NCBI GenBank assembly: GCA_963666975.2
Contig: CAXVYR010000004.1
Location: forward strand, 1,824,001 to 1,888,000
Direction of reading: 5' to 3'
Source: Terriglobia bacterium
GTDB taxonomy: Bacteria; Acidobacteriota; Terriglobia; 2-12-FULL-54-10
Length of the DNA stretch: 64,000 bases
Made by a program: the position numbers and the translations under genes. The notes under the pieces are model-generated. The model saw nothing but the letters and a program-made list of their open reading frames with translations. It was not told where the DNA came from and ran no database searches. Positions 29,242 to 38,944 of the stretch are shown here, one piece after another. Position 1 is the first letter of the stretch. Every line of letters begins with the position of its first letter.

Positions 29242-30174
29242 CTACCGGCAACCTTCCAGCGCCTTCAGCACTCCGCCTGCTAGTTCCCTCCGGTCCTCGG
29301 AAGATCGCATCACCGTCTGCGTCACCACCGCACGCATTTCCTTCTGCGCTATGATTTCCCTTTGCTGGGCGTCCTGCTCATCGAGGACAAAGACCTTCGC
29401 GAAGTCCCGGTACAACTCCGCCACCGCCGCCGCCGAAGCGCCGTAGCCGAGCGCCGCCATGTTGCGGGCTGCCGGTCCTTTTAATGCGCGGCCTCCGACG
29501 ATGGGGCTGATGGCGGCGACCGTCGCCGTGGTGTTTCGCAGAGCCTCCCGAATTCCCGGAACTGCCAGTATGGGACCGATGCTGAGGATTGGATTGCTGG
29601 GGGCCAGGATCACGGCGTCGGCGCGCGTGATCGATTCCAACACGCCCGGCGCGGGCTTGCTGGCGGCGGCGGCTGAAAAATCGGCTTCCCGCACCTCCGG
29701 CTGCTGTCGCAGCTTTACGAAATATTCCTGGAAGGAAAGCTCGCCTTGATCGGTTCGCAGGCGCGTTCCGGCGGGGGCGTCTGTCATCGGAATGATTCGG
29801 CAACGAACCCCGAACGCGCGGCGCAATTCCTCGGTGACCTCCGTGAGCGTCGCGCCCTGCCGGAGCCGCCGCGTGCGGCGCAGGTGCGTGGCCAGGTCGC
29901 GGTCGCCCAGACGAAACCAAGTCTGCTCGCCCATGCGTTCGAGCGCCGCCAGGCAATGGAACGTTTCGCCGGCGAGGCCCCATCCCTGGGTGCGGTCTAC
30001 AACGCCCGCCAGGGTGTAGAGCACGGTGTCAATGTCGGGCGAGACGTGGAGGCCGTGAAACTCGGCGTCATCGCCGGTGTTGGCGATGACGGTGATCTGC
30101 TCCGGGGGCATCACATCCGCCAACCCTTCCAGCAATTTCGCGGCTCCCACGCCGCCAGCCAGTACAGTGATCAT
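29242..30174 (-). CDS. cofD: 2-phospho-L-lactate transferase
   Basis: LAGGVGAAK, NTGDD, SPDIDTVLYTLAG, WFRLGDRDLATH, FQEYFV, PSNPILSIGPIL and KGPA. Confidence 0.96.
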   Translation of the reverse strand: MITVLAGGVGAAKLLEGLADVMPPEQITVIANTGDDAEFHGLHVSPDIDTVLYTLAGVVDRTQGWGLAGETFHCLAALERMGEQTWFRLGDRDLATHLRRTRRLRQGATLTEVTEELRRAFGVRCRIIPMTDAPAGTRLRTDQGELSFQEYFVKLRQQPEVREADFSAAAASKPAPGVLESITRADAVILAPSNPILSIGPILAVPGIREALRNTTATVAAISPIVGGRALKGPAARNMAALGYGASAAAVAELYRDFAKVFVLDEQDAQQREIIAQKEMRAVVTQTVMRSSEDRRELAGGVLKALEGCR

Positions 30175-30322
30175 ATCAAAGCCATTACTGGGACCAGGAG
30201 TCCATCCTCTGTAGACCTCTATCTCCTTTCATTGCAAGATGTCGACAGGAAGCCAGGAGTGCTGCGGTGGCTTTGTTTTAAAAAAAAACTTTTCCCCCAA
30301 CGCATTCTTGCTCACTCAAAAC

Positions 30323-30988
30323 TTACTCCCGGCTCCGGGTAGTATTAGCGGGTTCCGAGCCCCCTTCACCGCCACGTCCGGGGCGGCCGGCCCGGGCTCC
30401 CTGGAGACGTTGGAGTTCTTGCAGTGCACGGTAGAAACTCCGCTCCAGCCTGCCCTCGTAACGGGAGAGCTTCACAAAGCTATCTGCCCGCTCGCTGTCG
30501 CTGATAAAGGCGCGACCCAATGTAGAGCTCTCGGATTCTTGCAGAGCCCGCGCCTCGCGGACTTTGGAAACTGACTCCTCTTCGGAGCCCGGTTCCTCCC
30601 CGTGTAATTTCTGCAACTCCGGAACATCTCTCCATATATAGGCGTGCGAATTTCGGCTCGCAACAGTCTCGTAATAGTTCCAAACGAATAAGTCGGATTC
30701 GAGCCCGCCCAGCCGGCGAATTCTCCAGGCCAGGGCGATAAGGCGGTCGGCCAGCAGCAACTCCAGTTCTCCCACCGGCTTCAGCTCGGCGGAAAGCTGC
30801 TCCCGGAAATCGCGCCAATCGCTCTGTTTCTCTCCGGGCAACAGCAGTTGCCGGGAGTGCAGGCCATGCTTCCAGGCATTCCATCGGACGGCACTCTTGC
30901 CCGCAGGCGTTTTTGGCCCGGTGGAGCGGAGGGCGTTTCGCCGGTTGGCCTCTAGCCTTCGTTGGGAGATCAGTTTCGCGTCGCTCAT
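30323..30988 (-). CDS. Conserved hypothetical protein (ANRRNA..STGP family)
   Basis: SQRRLEANRRNALRSTGPKTPAGK..NAWKHGL...LSRYEGRLERSFYRALQELQRLQ; the ORF-track extension upstream is repeat DNA. Confidence 0.8.
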   Translation of the reverse strand: MSDAKLISQRRLEANRRNALRSTGPKTPAGKSAVRWNAWKHGLHSRQLLLPGEKQSDWRDFREQLSAELKPVGELELLLADRLIALAWRIRRLGGLESDLFVWNYYETVASRNSHAYIWRDVPELQKLHGEEPGSEEESVSKVREARALQESESSTLGRAFISDSERADSFVKLSRYEGRLERSFYRALQELQRLQGARAGRPGRGGEGGSEPANTTRSRE

Positions 30989-31211
30989 CGGCTTCCTCGC
31001 CCCCTTTTCGCTTTCCTTCCTCGCTGTCATCCCGAGCCGCTTCGCAGACATCCTGAGGAGCCCTTCGGCTGCGCTCAGGGTAAACTCTGCAACACGAAGG
31101 ATCTGCTTTCCCCGCTCAGAGCTTGCCCTGAGCTTGCCGAAGGGGCAGGCTCCGCGAGGGAGCTGCTTGATTGCCATCATATCCGAGCGCGAGGAAAAAT
31201 CGAAAAGAAGC

Positions 31212-31256
31212 TCGGAAGATTCGGAAGATTCGGGAGACTCGGTAGATTCGGTAGAA
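31212..31256. repeat. 9-bp tandem repeat x5 (TCGGAAGAT-like)
   Basis: TCGGAAGAT-TCGGAAGAT-TCGGGAGAC-TCGGTAGAT-TCGGTAGAA. Confidence 0.8.
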
Positions 31257-31475
31257 TAGGGACGCGGCATGAGATAATCACTCCATGACGTCTATCTATA
31301 GCATTTCTCGCCTTGTGTATATCGGGCAGTGGTAGCCACGACGAGCGCTTTACCTCGTCGTGGGTCGTTGCGGGCAAGGAAAAACCCACGGCGAAAAAAC
31401 AATTCGCCGTGGCTACCAAAGATTAGCCAGACTACACCAATTGGTGAAATGCTCTAAGAGCGGGAGAAAGGGCGA

Positions 31476-32987
31476 ATGCCGAAAGAAACCATTCACACGA
31501 TTCACAATGATGAGGCTACCCAAAACGACACTCTGAACCGCCTGCAGTACGCCAAAGCTTTCGCGCGGCTGGCGGAGACCTGCGATACGCCGTTAGTGAT
31601 TGGCCTGTATGGCGGCTGGGGTATTGGCAAAACCTCACTCATGAAGCAGATTGAAGGGCAGCTAGACCCCTCTAAAACACGCCCGGTTTGGTTTGACCCC
31701 TGGCAACACCAGTTTGACGAATCTCCTGCCCTGGCTTTGTTGCACACGCTGGTCGATACCTTCGATTTGCAGGAGGAGGGAAAGAAGCTTCTCACGGTAA
31801 TCGCCGGCGCATTCGGCTCCATGCTATTGAAGGCCACTACTACTCTGTCGCTAAGGGATGTGGACGAGCTGGGCAAGCGTTATGAGGAAGAACGCTTTCA
31901 GGCGCGGGAAGCCCGCGTGCGTTTACACCAGCACTACCAGGAGCTGATCGAAAAGGCGCAAGGCAACCCGCAACGTCGCCTCGTCTTTTTCGTCGATGAC
32001 CTGGACCGTTGCATGCCCCCCCAAACCCTCAGTTTGCTGGAGTCGTTGAAGCTATACCTGAATCTGCCGGAATGCGTGTATTTTCTGGGCGTTGATCGCG
32101 ACGCGCTGGAACGCAGTATTCGCTACCATTACAAGGAAGTTGAGGTGAGCCAGAGCAGCTACCTCGACAAAATCGTGCAGCTCCCCTTCACCATTCCTCT
32201 GATTGCTCCGGAATCCATGGATGAGTTTGTGAGTCCTTTGCTATCGGAAAGCCTGCAACCATGCCGGGAGCTACTGGTGATGGGGCTGGGGGATAATCCA
32301 AGACAGGTGAAGAGGTTTATCAACACCCTGACGTTGAACCACCAACTAGCCTCAGAGTTGCAGATCCCCGGCTATGACCCAAAGGTGCTAGCGGTCCTGT
32401 TGTTGATCCAGCAGCTTGACGTCGAACTCTACCGTGTCGTCGCCAGGCAACCAGAGCTTTTGGCAAAGTTGCAAGCCGGAAGCGAAGATGCCAAATCGCT
32501 CCGAGAAAAGCACATTGCAGGGAATGAACGATTGAAGGAGGCCCTCGGCTCCGTGGAAATACCGCAGCAGGCAGATGATCTAAAGCCCTACATCTACTTG
32601 ACCCAGGTAGCCCGAGTCAGGGAAGAAACTGAGCCAGGTGGGCGAGCAATCGATTTACCCGTAATCCTATCCGCGCACAAGCAGTGGCTGAAATCCAAGG
32701 GTCAGGAAGGCAGTCGAGCCAACCTGAGCAGGGCCAACCTGCTGCGCAAGGCCGACCTGATCTGGGCCGACCTGCGCGGGGCCAACCTGGCCGTGGCCGA
32801 CCTGAGCGAGGCCGACCTGCGCGACGCGTACGGCCTAACGGAAGTCCAGCTTGACAGCGCTAAAACCGACGAGAGGACCATCCTTCCCGACGGCTCCCAA
32901 GGCCCGTTTGAACGCGGTTCAGGGGCGCATCGAGCACCAACCGCCAAGCCACAGAAGCGTGGAAGGCCTACCCGCGCGGCTGACTGA
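31476..32987 (+). CDS. KAP-family P-loop NTPase with C-terminal pentapeptide repeats
   Basis: Walker A GGWGIGKT, Walker B FFVDDLDRC, YLDKIVQLPF, NPRQVKRFIN; tail RANLS-RANLL-KADLI-WADLR-GANLA-VADLS-EADLR. Confidence 0.92.
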   Translation: MPKETIHTIHNDEATQNDTLNRLQYAKAFARLAETCDTPLVIGLYGGWGIGKTSLMKQIEGQLDPSKTRPVWFDPWQHQFDESPALALLHTLVDTFDLQEEGKKLLTVIAGAFGSMLLKATTTLSLRDVDELGKRYEEERFQAREARVRLHQHYQELIEKAQGNPQRRLVFFVDDLDRCMPPQTLSLLESLKLYLNLPECVYFLGVDRDALERSIRYHYKEVEVSQSSYLDKIVQLPFTIPLIAPESMDEFVSPLLSESLQPCRELLVMGLGDNPRQVKRFINTLTLNHQLASELQIPGYDPKVLAVLLLIQQLDVELYRVVARQPELLAKLQAGSEDAKSLREKHIAGNERLKEALGSVEIPQQADDLKPYIYLTQVARVREETEPGGRAIDLPVILSAHKQWLKSKGQEGSRANLSRANLLRKADLIWADLRGANLAVADLSEADLRDAYGLTEVQLDSAKTDERTILPDGSQGPFERGSGAHRAPTAKPQKRGRPTRAAD

Positions 32988-33010
32988 GAGAGCAAAGAGC
33001 CAAGACGCGG

Positions 33011-33835
33011 CTACCGAAACAAGTCCTTCTCTTTGGGCCGAATCAGGTCGGCGGCTTTGCCCGGTCCCGGTGTCCAGGGGAAATGGCGGACAATCGCCGC
33101 AGGCCTCCCGGCAGTCTTCCCCATCACCAATTCTGCCGCTGCGGCCAGCTCATCGGCTGTGGCGATGACGGTGGCCGCGAGCGAATGCCCTTGCCTGTCC
33201 TGCTGGCCCCGGTAGTCATGCAGAGGCTGGAAACCGGCTACGCCGATGGCGACGTTGGTCAGGCCTTCGCGCCAAGGCCGCCCGAAGGTGTCAGAGATGA
33301 TCACGGCCAGCCGCTTCCCCGTGGCGCTGCCGAGTTCCTCCAGCAACCGGCGGGCGGAGGCGTCCGGGTCCGCTGGCAACAGTGACACCCAGCCCTCGGG
33401 GACATTTGAGGTATCGACCCCGGCATTGGCGCAGACCAGCCCTAGATGAGTCTCTACGATGATTACTCCGCCTTCCAATCGTCCGTCCTTGCGCCCTTCC
33501 ATACGAACGACGCGCCTGCTCTCCCGCAGGATCACCTCCAGATGCCGCGCGTCCTTTCCCAGTTTCTCCGCCAGCGAGAGGGCGGAGGCAGAAGGCTCCA
33601 CGCGGCTCAGTTCCACCATGCGTCCTTCGGCCTTGGAGACGACTTTCTGCGCCACCACCAGCACGTCGCCGTCTTGCAGTCCTGGTCCGTTTTGCTCGAT
33701 AGCCTGCGAAAGCAAAGCGGCCAGCGAGTCGCCGGAGGCAACTTCCGGCAGGTCGGAGATGGCGAAGATTTCCAGCTTGTCCGGTGGCAGCTTGTCGGGT
33801 GCCAGTTTGTCCGATGAGTGCGGCGTTTGAGGCAT
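33011..33835 (-). CDS. cofE: Coenzyme F420-0:L-glutamate ligase (single-domain CofE)
   Basis: QKVVSKAEGR, CANAGVDTSN, LPADPDASAR, SDTFGRPWREG and DELAAAAELVMGK. Confidence 0.95.
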   Translation of the reverse strand: MPQTPHSSDKLAPDKLPPDKLEIFAISDLPEVASGDSLAALLSQAIEQNGPGLQDGDVLVVAQKVVSKAEGRMVELSRVEPSASALSLAEKLGKDARHLEVILRESRRVVRMEGRKDGRLEGGVIIVETHLGLVCANAGVDTSNVPEGWVSLLPADPDASARRLLEELGSATGKRLAVIISDTFGRPWREGLTNVAIGVAGFQPLHDYRGQQDRQGHSLAATVIATADELAAAAELVMGKTAGRPAAIVRHFPWTPGPGKAADLIRPKEKDLFR

Positions 33836-34027
33836 TTGTCCTTGACAACCCTTGCGCCCCCAGACTACTTTCTCAAGCTGGCTGCTTCAAGGGGCTGCCG
33901 CCGGCAATTTTACATCTTCTCGGCTTAGCGCGCTCGCGCGAAATCAGTCTGCGCAGCAGTCGGCGAGAGTCCGCGGAAGAGCCATTTCCCCAAGTCGCGT
34001 GCCGAGCTTCCAAGTGGGTGCAATTCC

Positions 34028-34759
34028 GTGATCGCCGTATTGCTTCCTGTAAAAGAGTTTTCCTCATCGAAACAACGACTATCGGGCTTTCTCACGCCGC
34101 AGGAGCGCGCACTGCTGGCCCGCACGATGTTTGAAGACGTCTTTGCCGCCCTGCGCGAGGCGCAAGAGATGAAGCAAGGCCTGGACCGCTTGCTGGTGGT
34201 CTCCGCCGAGCCGTATGTTCTCTCGCGCTGCCGTCGGGAAGGCGTCGCGGTTCTCGAGGAGCGGGAGCAGCTCAGCCACAGCGACTCGGTGAAGCTGGCT
34301 ACCCAGTGGGCGGCTCGGTTGGGCGCGACTTCTTTGCTTTCGGTTCCGATTGACACTCCTGCCGTTACCCCGCGCGAGGTTTTGTCCCTGCTCCGCGCTC
34401 ATCGCAAGTTCCCGGTGGTAGTGGTTCCTTCGGCGGACGGCAGCGGCACCAACGCCCTGCTGCGGACCCCGCCCGACGTCATTGATCCCCGGTTCGGGCC
34501 GGGAAGCTGTAAACTCCATGTTCAGGCGGCGGAGGCCAAGGGACTGCTCTATTCGGTTTTCCACTCGATTGGCTCAATGAGCAACGGCCTAAAGAGTAAT
34601 GGCCTAAAGAGTAATGGCCTAAAGAGTAATGGATTGTTGAACGACATTGACACACCCGAGGACTTGGCCCGTTTCGTTTCCTTGCAAAGCTCTTGTCGCA
34701 CCACCGAGCTGGCCCGGCAATTTCTCCGGGCGGATCGCGAGAAGGCAACATGTCTGTAA
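34028..34759 (+). CDS. cofC: 2-phospho-L-lactate/PEP guanylyltransferase
   Basis: LLPVKEFSSSKQRLS, PIDTP, DGSGTNALL, FGPGS and DIDTPEDL. Confidence 0.94.
   Translation: MIAVLLPVKEFSSSKQRLSGFLTPQERALLARTMFEDVFAALREAQEMKQGLDRLLVVSAEPYVLSRCRREGVAVLEEREQLSHSDSVKLATQWAARLGATSLLSVPIDTPAVTPREVLSLLRAHRKFPVVVVPSADGSGTNALLRTPPDVIDPRFGPGSCKLHVQAAEAKGLLYSVFHSIGSMSNGLKSNGLKSNGLKSNGLLNDIDTPEDLARFVSLQSSCRTTELARQFLRADREKATCL
34580..34633 (+). repeat. 15-bp in-frame tandem repeat (SNGLK x3.5) inside cofC
   Basis: AGCAACGGCCTAAAG-AGTAATGGCCTAAAG-AGTAATGGCCTAAAG-AGTAATGGA. Confidence 0.9.
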
Positions 34760-36015
34760 CGGTTTCGAGCGGCGTTGCATTGTTAGAACGGGCTGTCGGT
34801 GAGATTCCCCTCAGCCGGGAAGAGGCCTTGTTGCTCTACACCTCGCATGAGGTAGAACTCGAACAACTGGCCGAGGCGGCGCGGCGGTTGCGCAGCGAGG
34901 GCAAGGGCGCGGCCATCACCTATTCGCCGAAAGTATTTCTTCCGCTCACCAACCTTTGCCGCGACCGTTGCCGCTACTGCACCTTTCGTCGTGACCCTAA
35001 CCAGGAAGGCGCGCACTGGATGGAACCGGAGGAGGTTCTGGCCATCGCGCGCGCCGGGGAATCGCTCGGCTGCAAGGAAGCCTTGCTGAGCCTCGGCGAC
35101 CGCCCCGAGGCCGCTTTCCCGGAGGCACGGCAGTGGCTCCGGCGGCGCGGCTTTCACCGGACGCTTGACTACGTGGCGGCCATCAGCGACCTTCTGCTGG
35201 AGCAGACAACGCTGTTTGTCCATACCAATCCGGGATTGATGTCTCGGGGCGACATCGCCCGCCTGAAGCAATCGAATGCCAGCCTGGGGCTGATGCTGGA
35301 GAGCACCTCCACGGCGTTGTTTGCCAGCGGAGGGGCGCACGAGGATGCCGTCGATAAATGGCCCGCCCGCCGTTTGCAAACCATCCGGGAGGCCGGAGAG
35401 GTGAAGATTCCCTTTACCACGGGGATCCTTGCAGGGATCGGGGAGTCCGCAGAGGACGTGATTGACTCGCTGCTCGCCATTCGAGAGATGCACCTTCGCT
35501 ACGGGCACATCCAGGAGGTCATCGTCCAGAACTTTGTGCCCAAGCCTGAGATTCCCATGGCAAGCTGGCCTGCTCCGCCGCCGCGCAGCTTTGCGAGGAT
35601 CGTGGCCATGGCCCGAATCCTGCTGGGCCCGCGGATGAACATCCAGGCCCCACCCAACCTGAGTCCGGGAGGCCTCGAGTTGCTGCTCGATTGCGGCCTC
35701 AACGACTGGGGCGGAATTTCTCCTTTGACGCTCGATCACATCAATCCGGAGGCTCCCTGGCCGGAGGTGGAAAAGCTGGCGGCGCTGGTCCGCGGCAAGG
35801 GGCTTCATCTGAGGGAACGGCTGGCGGTCTATCCGGAATATGTTGGGCGGCAGGAATTTTTCTCGCCGCGCGTTTGGCAACTCTTACAGGAGCGTACGGA
35901 CGCTGACGGCTATCCGGCCTCGTCCTCTTCATCTTCATCATCCTCCACCCTCCACCCAAACAATCCTCACGAAAGAAAGGCAAGACAATGGCTCTCAAGC
36001 GAAACGTGTCAATGA
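34750..36015 (+). CDS. cofG: FO synthase subunit CofG
   Basis: TYSPKVFLPLTNLCRDRCRYC, GCKEAL, HTNPG, PFTTGIL, QAPPNL and NDWGGISP. Confidence 0.95.
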   Translation: MSVTVSSGVALLERAVGEIPLSREEALLLYTSHEVELEQLAEAARRLRSEGKGAAITYSPKVFLPLTNLCRDRCRYCTFRRDPNQEGAHWMEPEEVLAIARAGESLGCKEALLSLGDRPEAAFPEARQWLRRRGFHRTLDYVAAISDLLLEQTTLFVHTNPGLMSRGDIARLKQSNASLGLMLESTSTALFASGGAHEDAVDKWPARRLQTIREAGEVKIPFTTGILAGIGESAEDVIDSLLAIREMHLRYGHIQEVIVQNFVPKPEIPMASWPAPPPRSFARIVAMARILLGPRMNIQAPPNLSPGGLELLLDCGLNDWGGISPLTLDHINPEAPWPEVEKLAALVRGKGLHLRERLAVYPEYVGRQEFFSPRVWQLLQERTDADGYPASSSSSSSSSTLHPNNPHERKARQWLSSETCQ

Positions 36016-37166
36016 AGCTGCGGGAAGCGGAATACGAAGATTTAGCCCCATCGCTCGCGGGGCCTCTGCGCGGGGCTTTGGAGGCGGCGCTGGAAGGGCG
36101 GGACCTCGACCGGGAACAGGGCAATCACGTAGCGGAGGCGCGCGGCCCGGAACTGGCAGCCGTGGCGGCGGTGGCAGACCGCCTGCGCCGCCAAACGGTG
36201 GGCGAAGACGTCAGTTATGTGGTGAACCGCAACATCAACTTCACCAACATCTGCGTCATCGGCTGCACCTTCTGCTGTTTTGGAAAGAGCGTCCACGCAC
36301 CCGACGCCTACTGGCATTCCCTCGATGCAGTGGCGGACAAAGCGGAGGAGGCATGGCAGTTGGGCGCGACCGAGGTGTGCATGCAGGGCGGGCTGCCGCC
36401 GGAGCTGGACGGAGATTACTACCGCCGGCTCCTGGAAGCCATCAAGCGCCGCGTGCCTGAGATGCATATTCACGCCTTTTCGCCCATGGAGGTGGTCTAC
36501 GGGGTGGAGAGAAGCGGGCTCCCGTTGCGCGACTATTTGAAGATGCTCCGGGAAGCAGGTCTCGGCAGCCTGCCGGGCACTGCGGCAGAGATTCTGGACG
36601 ACCGCGTGCGGTCCGTCATTTCCCGGATCAAGCTGACTCGCGACCAATGGGTGGAGGTCATCACGACCGCGCACGAGCTGGGCATCCCCACGACCTCCAC
36701 CATGATGTACGGGCATATCGAAGAGCCCGCCGACTGGGTCAACCACCTTTTGCTGTTGCGCTCCATGCAGAATCGCACCGGCGGATTCACCGAGTTTGTG
36801 CCGCTGGGTTTCATCCACGAGAAGACGCCGCTGTTCCGCACGGGGAACGCACGGCCCGGCAGCACGGTGGAGGAGGACGTGGCCGTGCATGCGCTGGCCC
36901 GCATCCTGCTGAACAACTCCATCCCCAACCTGCAAATTTCCTGGGTGAAGCTCGGATGGGAGGTTTCCCGGCTGTGCCTGCAAGCGGGCGCCAACGACTT
37001 CGGCGGAACGCTGATGGAGGAGAACATCTCCGGGGCGTCGGGCGAGATTGAGGCCAGTTCCGCAACAGCCGGGCAGTTGCAGTCGTTTATCCTGTCGGAG
37101 GGACGCTCGCCGGTGGAGCGCAGTACCGGCTACCGGGTCCTGAAGCGTTTTGAGGCGCTAGCGTGA
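36012..37166 (+). CDS. cofH: FO synthase subunit CofH
   Basis: VNRNINFTNICVIGCTFC, EVCMQGG, HAFSPME, PGTAAEILDD, GFTEFVPL and NDFGGTLMEENIS; adjacent to cofG (start 35988 or 36012). Confidence 0.93.
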   Translation: MKLREAEYEDLAPSLAGPLRGALEAALEGRDLDREQGNHVAEARGPELAAVAAVADRLRRQTVGEDVSYVVNRNINFTNICVIGCTFCCFGKSVHAPDAYWHSLDAVADKAEEAWQLGATEVCMQGGLPPELDGDYYRRLLEAIKRRVPEMHIHAFSPMEVVYGVERSGLPLRDYLKMLREAGLGSLPGTAAEILDDRVRSVISRIKLTRDQWVEVITTAHELGIPTTSTMMYGHIEEPADWVNHLLLLRSMQNRTGGFTEFVPLGFIHEKTPLFRTGNARPGSTVEEDVAVHALARILLNNSIPNLQISWVKLGWEVSRLCLQAGANDFGGTLMEENISGASGEIEASSATAGQLQSFILSEGRSPVERSTGYRVLKRFEALA

Positions 37167-37852
37167 GCACAGAAAAAGAAAAGATCGCCCTCATCGGAGG
37201 CACCGGCGACCTGGGATTCGGGCTGGCGTTGCGATGGGCGCGCGCCGGGGAGCAGATTCTGATTGGGTCCCGCGATGCCAAGAAAGCGAAGGATGCGGCC
37301 GAGCGAGTGAAGGCAGCGGTTGGTTCAAGCGTATCCGTTGCCGGGTTGGTGAACCCCGAGGCCGCCGCCCAGGCTTCCATCGTGGTGCTGACGGTCCCTT
37401 TCCCCGCGCAAGTGGGCATCCTCAAGAGCATTCGCGGCAGCCTGGAGGATTCGATCCTGATCGACACGACGGTCCCTTTGGCGGCAACTCTCGGCGGCAA
37501 GCTGACAAGGGTGCTGGGCGTCTGGCAGGGTTCCGCCGCCGAGCAAGCCCGCGAGTTGGCGCCCGCTGCTACGCCCGTGCTGGCCGCTTTCCACAACCTC
37601 TCGGGGCTTGCCTTGCAGGACCTGTCGGCGACGCTTGATTGCGACATCCTGATCTGCGGCGATGATGAGGCGGCCAAACAAAAGCTCTTTCCCCTGGTAA
37701 AATTGATTGCAGGGTTGCGGCCGGTCGATGCCGGCGGGCTGGAGATGGCCCGCATCGTGGAGGGGCTGACGGCGCTTTTGATCTCGGTGAACCGTCGAAA
37801 TCGCGTGTCTCACAGCGGACTCCGCATTACAGGGCTGGGCTCGGCGTCATAG
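37163..37852 (+). CDS. npdG: F420H2:NADP+ oxidoreductase (Fno)
   Basis: IGGTGDLGFGLALRWA, IGSR, DTTVPL, GSAAEQ and AFHNLS; overlaps the cofH stop. Confidence 0.93.
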   Translation: MSTEKEKIALIGGTGDLGFGLALRWARAGEQILIGSRDAKKAKDAAERVKAAVGSSVSVAGLVNPEAAAQASIVVLTVPFPAQVGILKSIRGSLEDSILIDTTVPLAATLGGKLTRVLGVWQGSAAEQARELAPAATPVLAAFHNLSGLALQDLSATLDCDILICGDDEAAKQKLFPLVKLIAGLRPVDAGGLEMARIVEGLTALLISVNRRNRVSHSGLRITGLGSAS

Positions 37853-37887
37853 GCTGTCGGCGGCTGTCGGCGCGGCGGGGAAACAAG

Positions 37888-38628
37888 ATGATGACAAGCA
37901 ACTGGATTCGGGTGTGGCTTGTGCTTGGCGTTCTCTGCGTCCTGGCAGGTTCGGCTTGCCGCGAGGAGAGCGACGAGAATTTCGAGACCGGCATGGCGGC
38001 ATACTCGCAAGGGGATTATGAAACGGCGCTGAACAAATGGCGTCCGCTGGCGGAACGGGGACATTCCAGCGCCCAGTCAAACCTCGGCGTGATGTACTAC
38101 CAGGGACTGGGAGTCCGTCGAAACTTCCCGGAAGCGCTGAAGTGGTATCGCATGGCGGCGGTGCAGGGACATGTCGACGCCCAATACAACCTGGGAGTCG
38201 CCTACACGGAGGGGCGGGCTGCCCGCCGCGATTACGAGGAAGCATTGCAATGGTACGAGATGTCGGCCGAGCAGGGATATGCCCCGGCACAGCTTGTTTT
38301 AGGGAATATGTATTCCAAGGCCCAGGGAGTGGAGCGGGATGCCGCCGAGGCGGCCAAGTGGTACCGGCAGGCTGCCGAGCAAGGAAATCTCACGGCGATT
38401 TTTTTGGCGGGTTCCTTGTACCTGAGCGGCGAGGGGGTCGAGCAAGACCTCGTGCAGGCTTACATGTGGTTCGCCATGGCCGCCGCGCTGGGTCCCCAGG
38501 GGGCTCAGGAGACCGCCAACAGAAACAAGGAATTGGTAGCCCAGCAAATGACCCCGGAGCAGATCGCAGAGGCCGAAGAGCTGGCGAAAAACTGGGAGCC
38601 GGTTAGGCCCATTGCTGGCGGGCAGTAA
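37888..38628 (+). CDS. Sel1-repeat lipoprotein-like protein
   Basis: Signal peptide/lipobox GSAC; repeated AQ.NLG..Y..G.GV..D..EA.KWY..AAEQG units. Confidence 0.9.
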   Translation: MMTSNWIRVWLVLGVLCVLAGSACREESDENFETGMAAYSQGDYETALNKWRPLAERGHSSAQSNLGVMYYQGLGVRRNFPEALKWYRMAAVQGHVDAQYNLGVAYTEGRAARRDYEEALQWYEMSAEQGYAPAQLVLGNMYSKAQGVERDAAEAAKWYRQAAEQGNLTAIFLAGSLYLSGEGVEQDLVQAYMWFAMAAALGPQGAQETANRNKELVAQQMTPEQIAEAEELAKNWEPVRPIAGGQ

Positions 38629-38673
38629 GCTCCGCAGGGCGGAGTTGGGTTCGTTAGGGTCTTTGACTGAATC

Positions 38674-38934
38674 TCATCGTCGGTACACCTCCCGGCGGTG
38701 CCCGATTCTGACTATAAGCACAACGAGACCCTCGTCTTGGATCTCGTAAATTACACGATAATCTCCGACCCGCAAGCGGTAGCGCCGTTCCTACCCCTCC
38801 AGCTTTTCTACACCCCTTGGCCGGGGCTGACTGGCGAGAGCGTCAATCTTGGAAGCGATCCGCTGTTGGAGGCCTTTGGCCAGCTTCGAGAACTCTCGGC
38901 TGGCTGAGGAGGCAAACTCAATTCGGTAGGGCAT
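38674..38934 (-). pseudogene. RelE/ParE-family toxin with in-frame TAG at codon 48
   Basis: Manual translation MPYRIEFASSASREFSKL...[28 protein letters not shown]...[10 protein letters not shown]; TAG at 38791-38793. Absent from the ORF track. Confidence 0.88.
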
Positions 38935-38944
38935 TCATCCAGCC

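Noticed and set aside
31212-31256. Short repeats as a CRISPR array
   Set aside because: Contiguous 9-mers without spacers.
30989-31270. N-terminal extension of the 315-aa ORF
   Set aside because: Translates REP-like and 9-bp tandem repeat DNA; the conserved family motif starts at ATG 30988.
36012-37166. Alternative call as menaquinone MqnC/MqnE
   Set aside because: Translationally coupled between cofG and npdG in a cof cluster, so CofH fits better.
38791-38793. TAG in relE as pyrrolysine
   Set aside because: Variable loop position, no pyl genes in the window, and the family is not known for Pyl.
38698-38907. 69-aa plus-strand ORF
   Set aside because: Shadow of the minus-strand relE pseudogene.
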